DNA from: an uncultured bacterium
GTDB taxonomy: Bacteria; Krumholzibacteriota; Krumholzibacteriia; Krumholzibacteriales; Krumholzibacteriaceae
Direction: 5' to 3'
DNA: 35,218 nucleotides
Assembly: GCA_965371515.1 (NCBI GenBank)
Contig: CBDUYR010000028.1
Span: forward strand, 1-35,218
The notes under the pieces were generated by a model. It did not search any database. It had not been told where the DNA came from and saw only the letters and a program-made list of their open reading frames with translations. Position 1 is the stretch's first letter. Each line of letters starts with the position of its first letter. Shown piece by piece: positions 35,214 through 35,218 of this stretch. A program made the position numbers and the translations under genes.

Positions 35214-35218
35214 GTATA

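Overview
Bacterial chromosomal window of roughly 60% GC (estimated by eye), with no integrase, transposase or CRISPR array. The taxon cannot be fixed from the sequence. It is mostly housekeeping: gltX with tRNA-Gln and tRNA-Glu, ilvC, a CAT-anticodon tRNA followed by tilS-hpt-ftsH-folP-cdaA, guaB, a PHP phosphatase, hypF-hypE, mgtC, and NhaC and MATE transporters. Two accessory loci stand out. (1) At 5.0-6.1 kb, an operon led by a Cys-rich ArsR contains three micro-ORFs the ORF track missed: an internally deleted DUF302 protein, a 55-aa membrane peptide with an in-frame UGA followed by a SECIS-like hairpin, and an FmdB zinc-ribbon protein whose UGA is also followed by a SECIS-like hairpin. These are two candidate tandem selenoproteins. 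(2) At 16.8-24.3 kb, a five-gene minus-strand operon sits behind a sigma54-type promoter. It encodes a degenerate MCP-like receptor, a CheA-like pseudokinase lacking the phospho-His and ATP-box motifs, a small excisionase-type HTH protein, a STAS-GAF-HD-GYP protein with degenerate STAS and HD-GYP motifs, and an apparently intact REC-GAF-HD-GYP phosphodiesterase. This may be a repurposed, largely phosphorylation-independent chemosensory-like scaffold controlling cyclic-dinucleotide turnover. A Lys-rich histone-H1-like gene missed by the ORF track starts at 225 on the minus strand. All calls come from motif recognition by eye; no searches were run.
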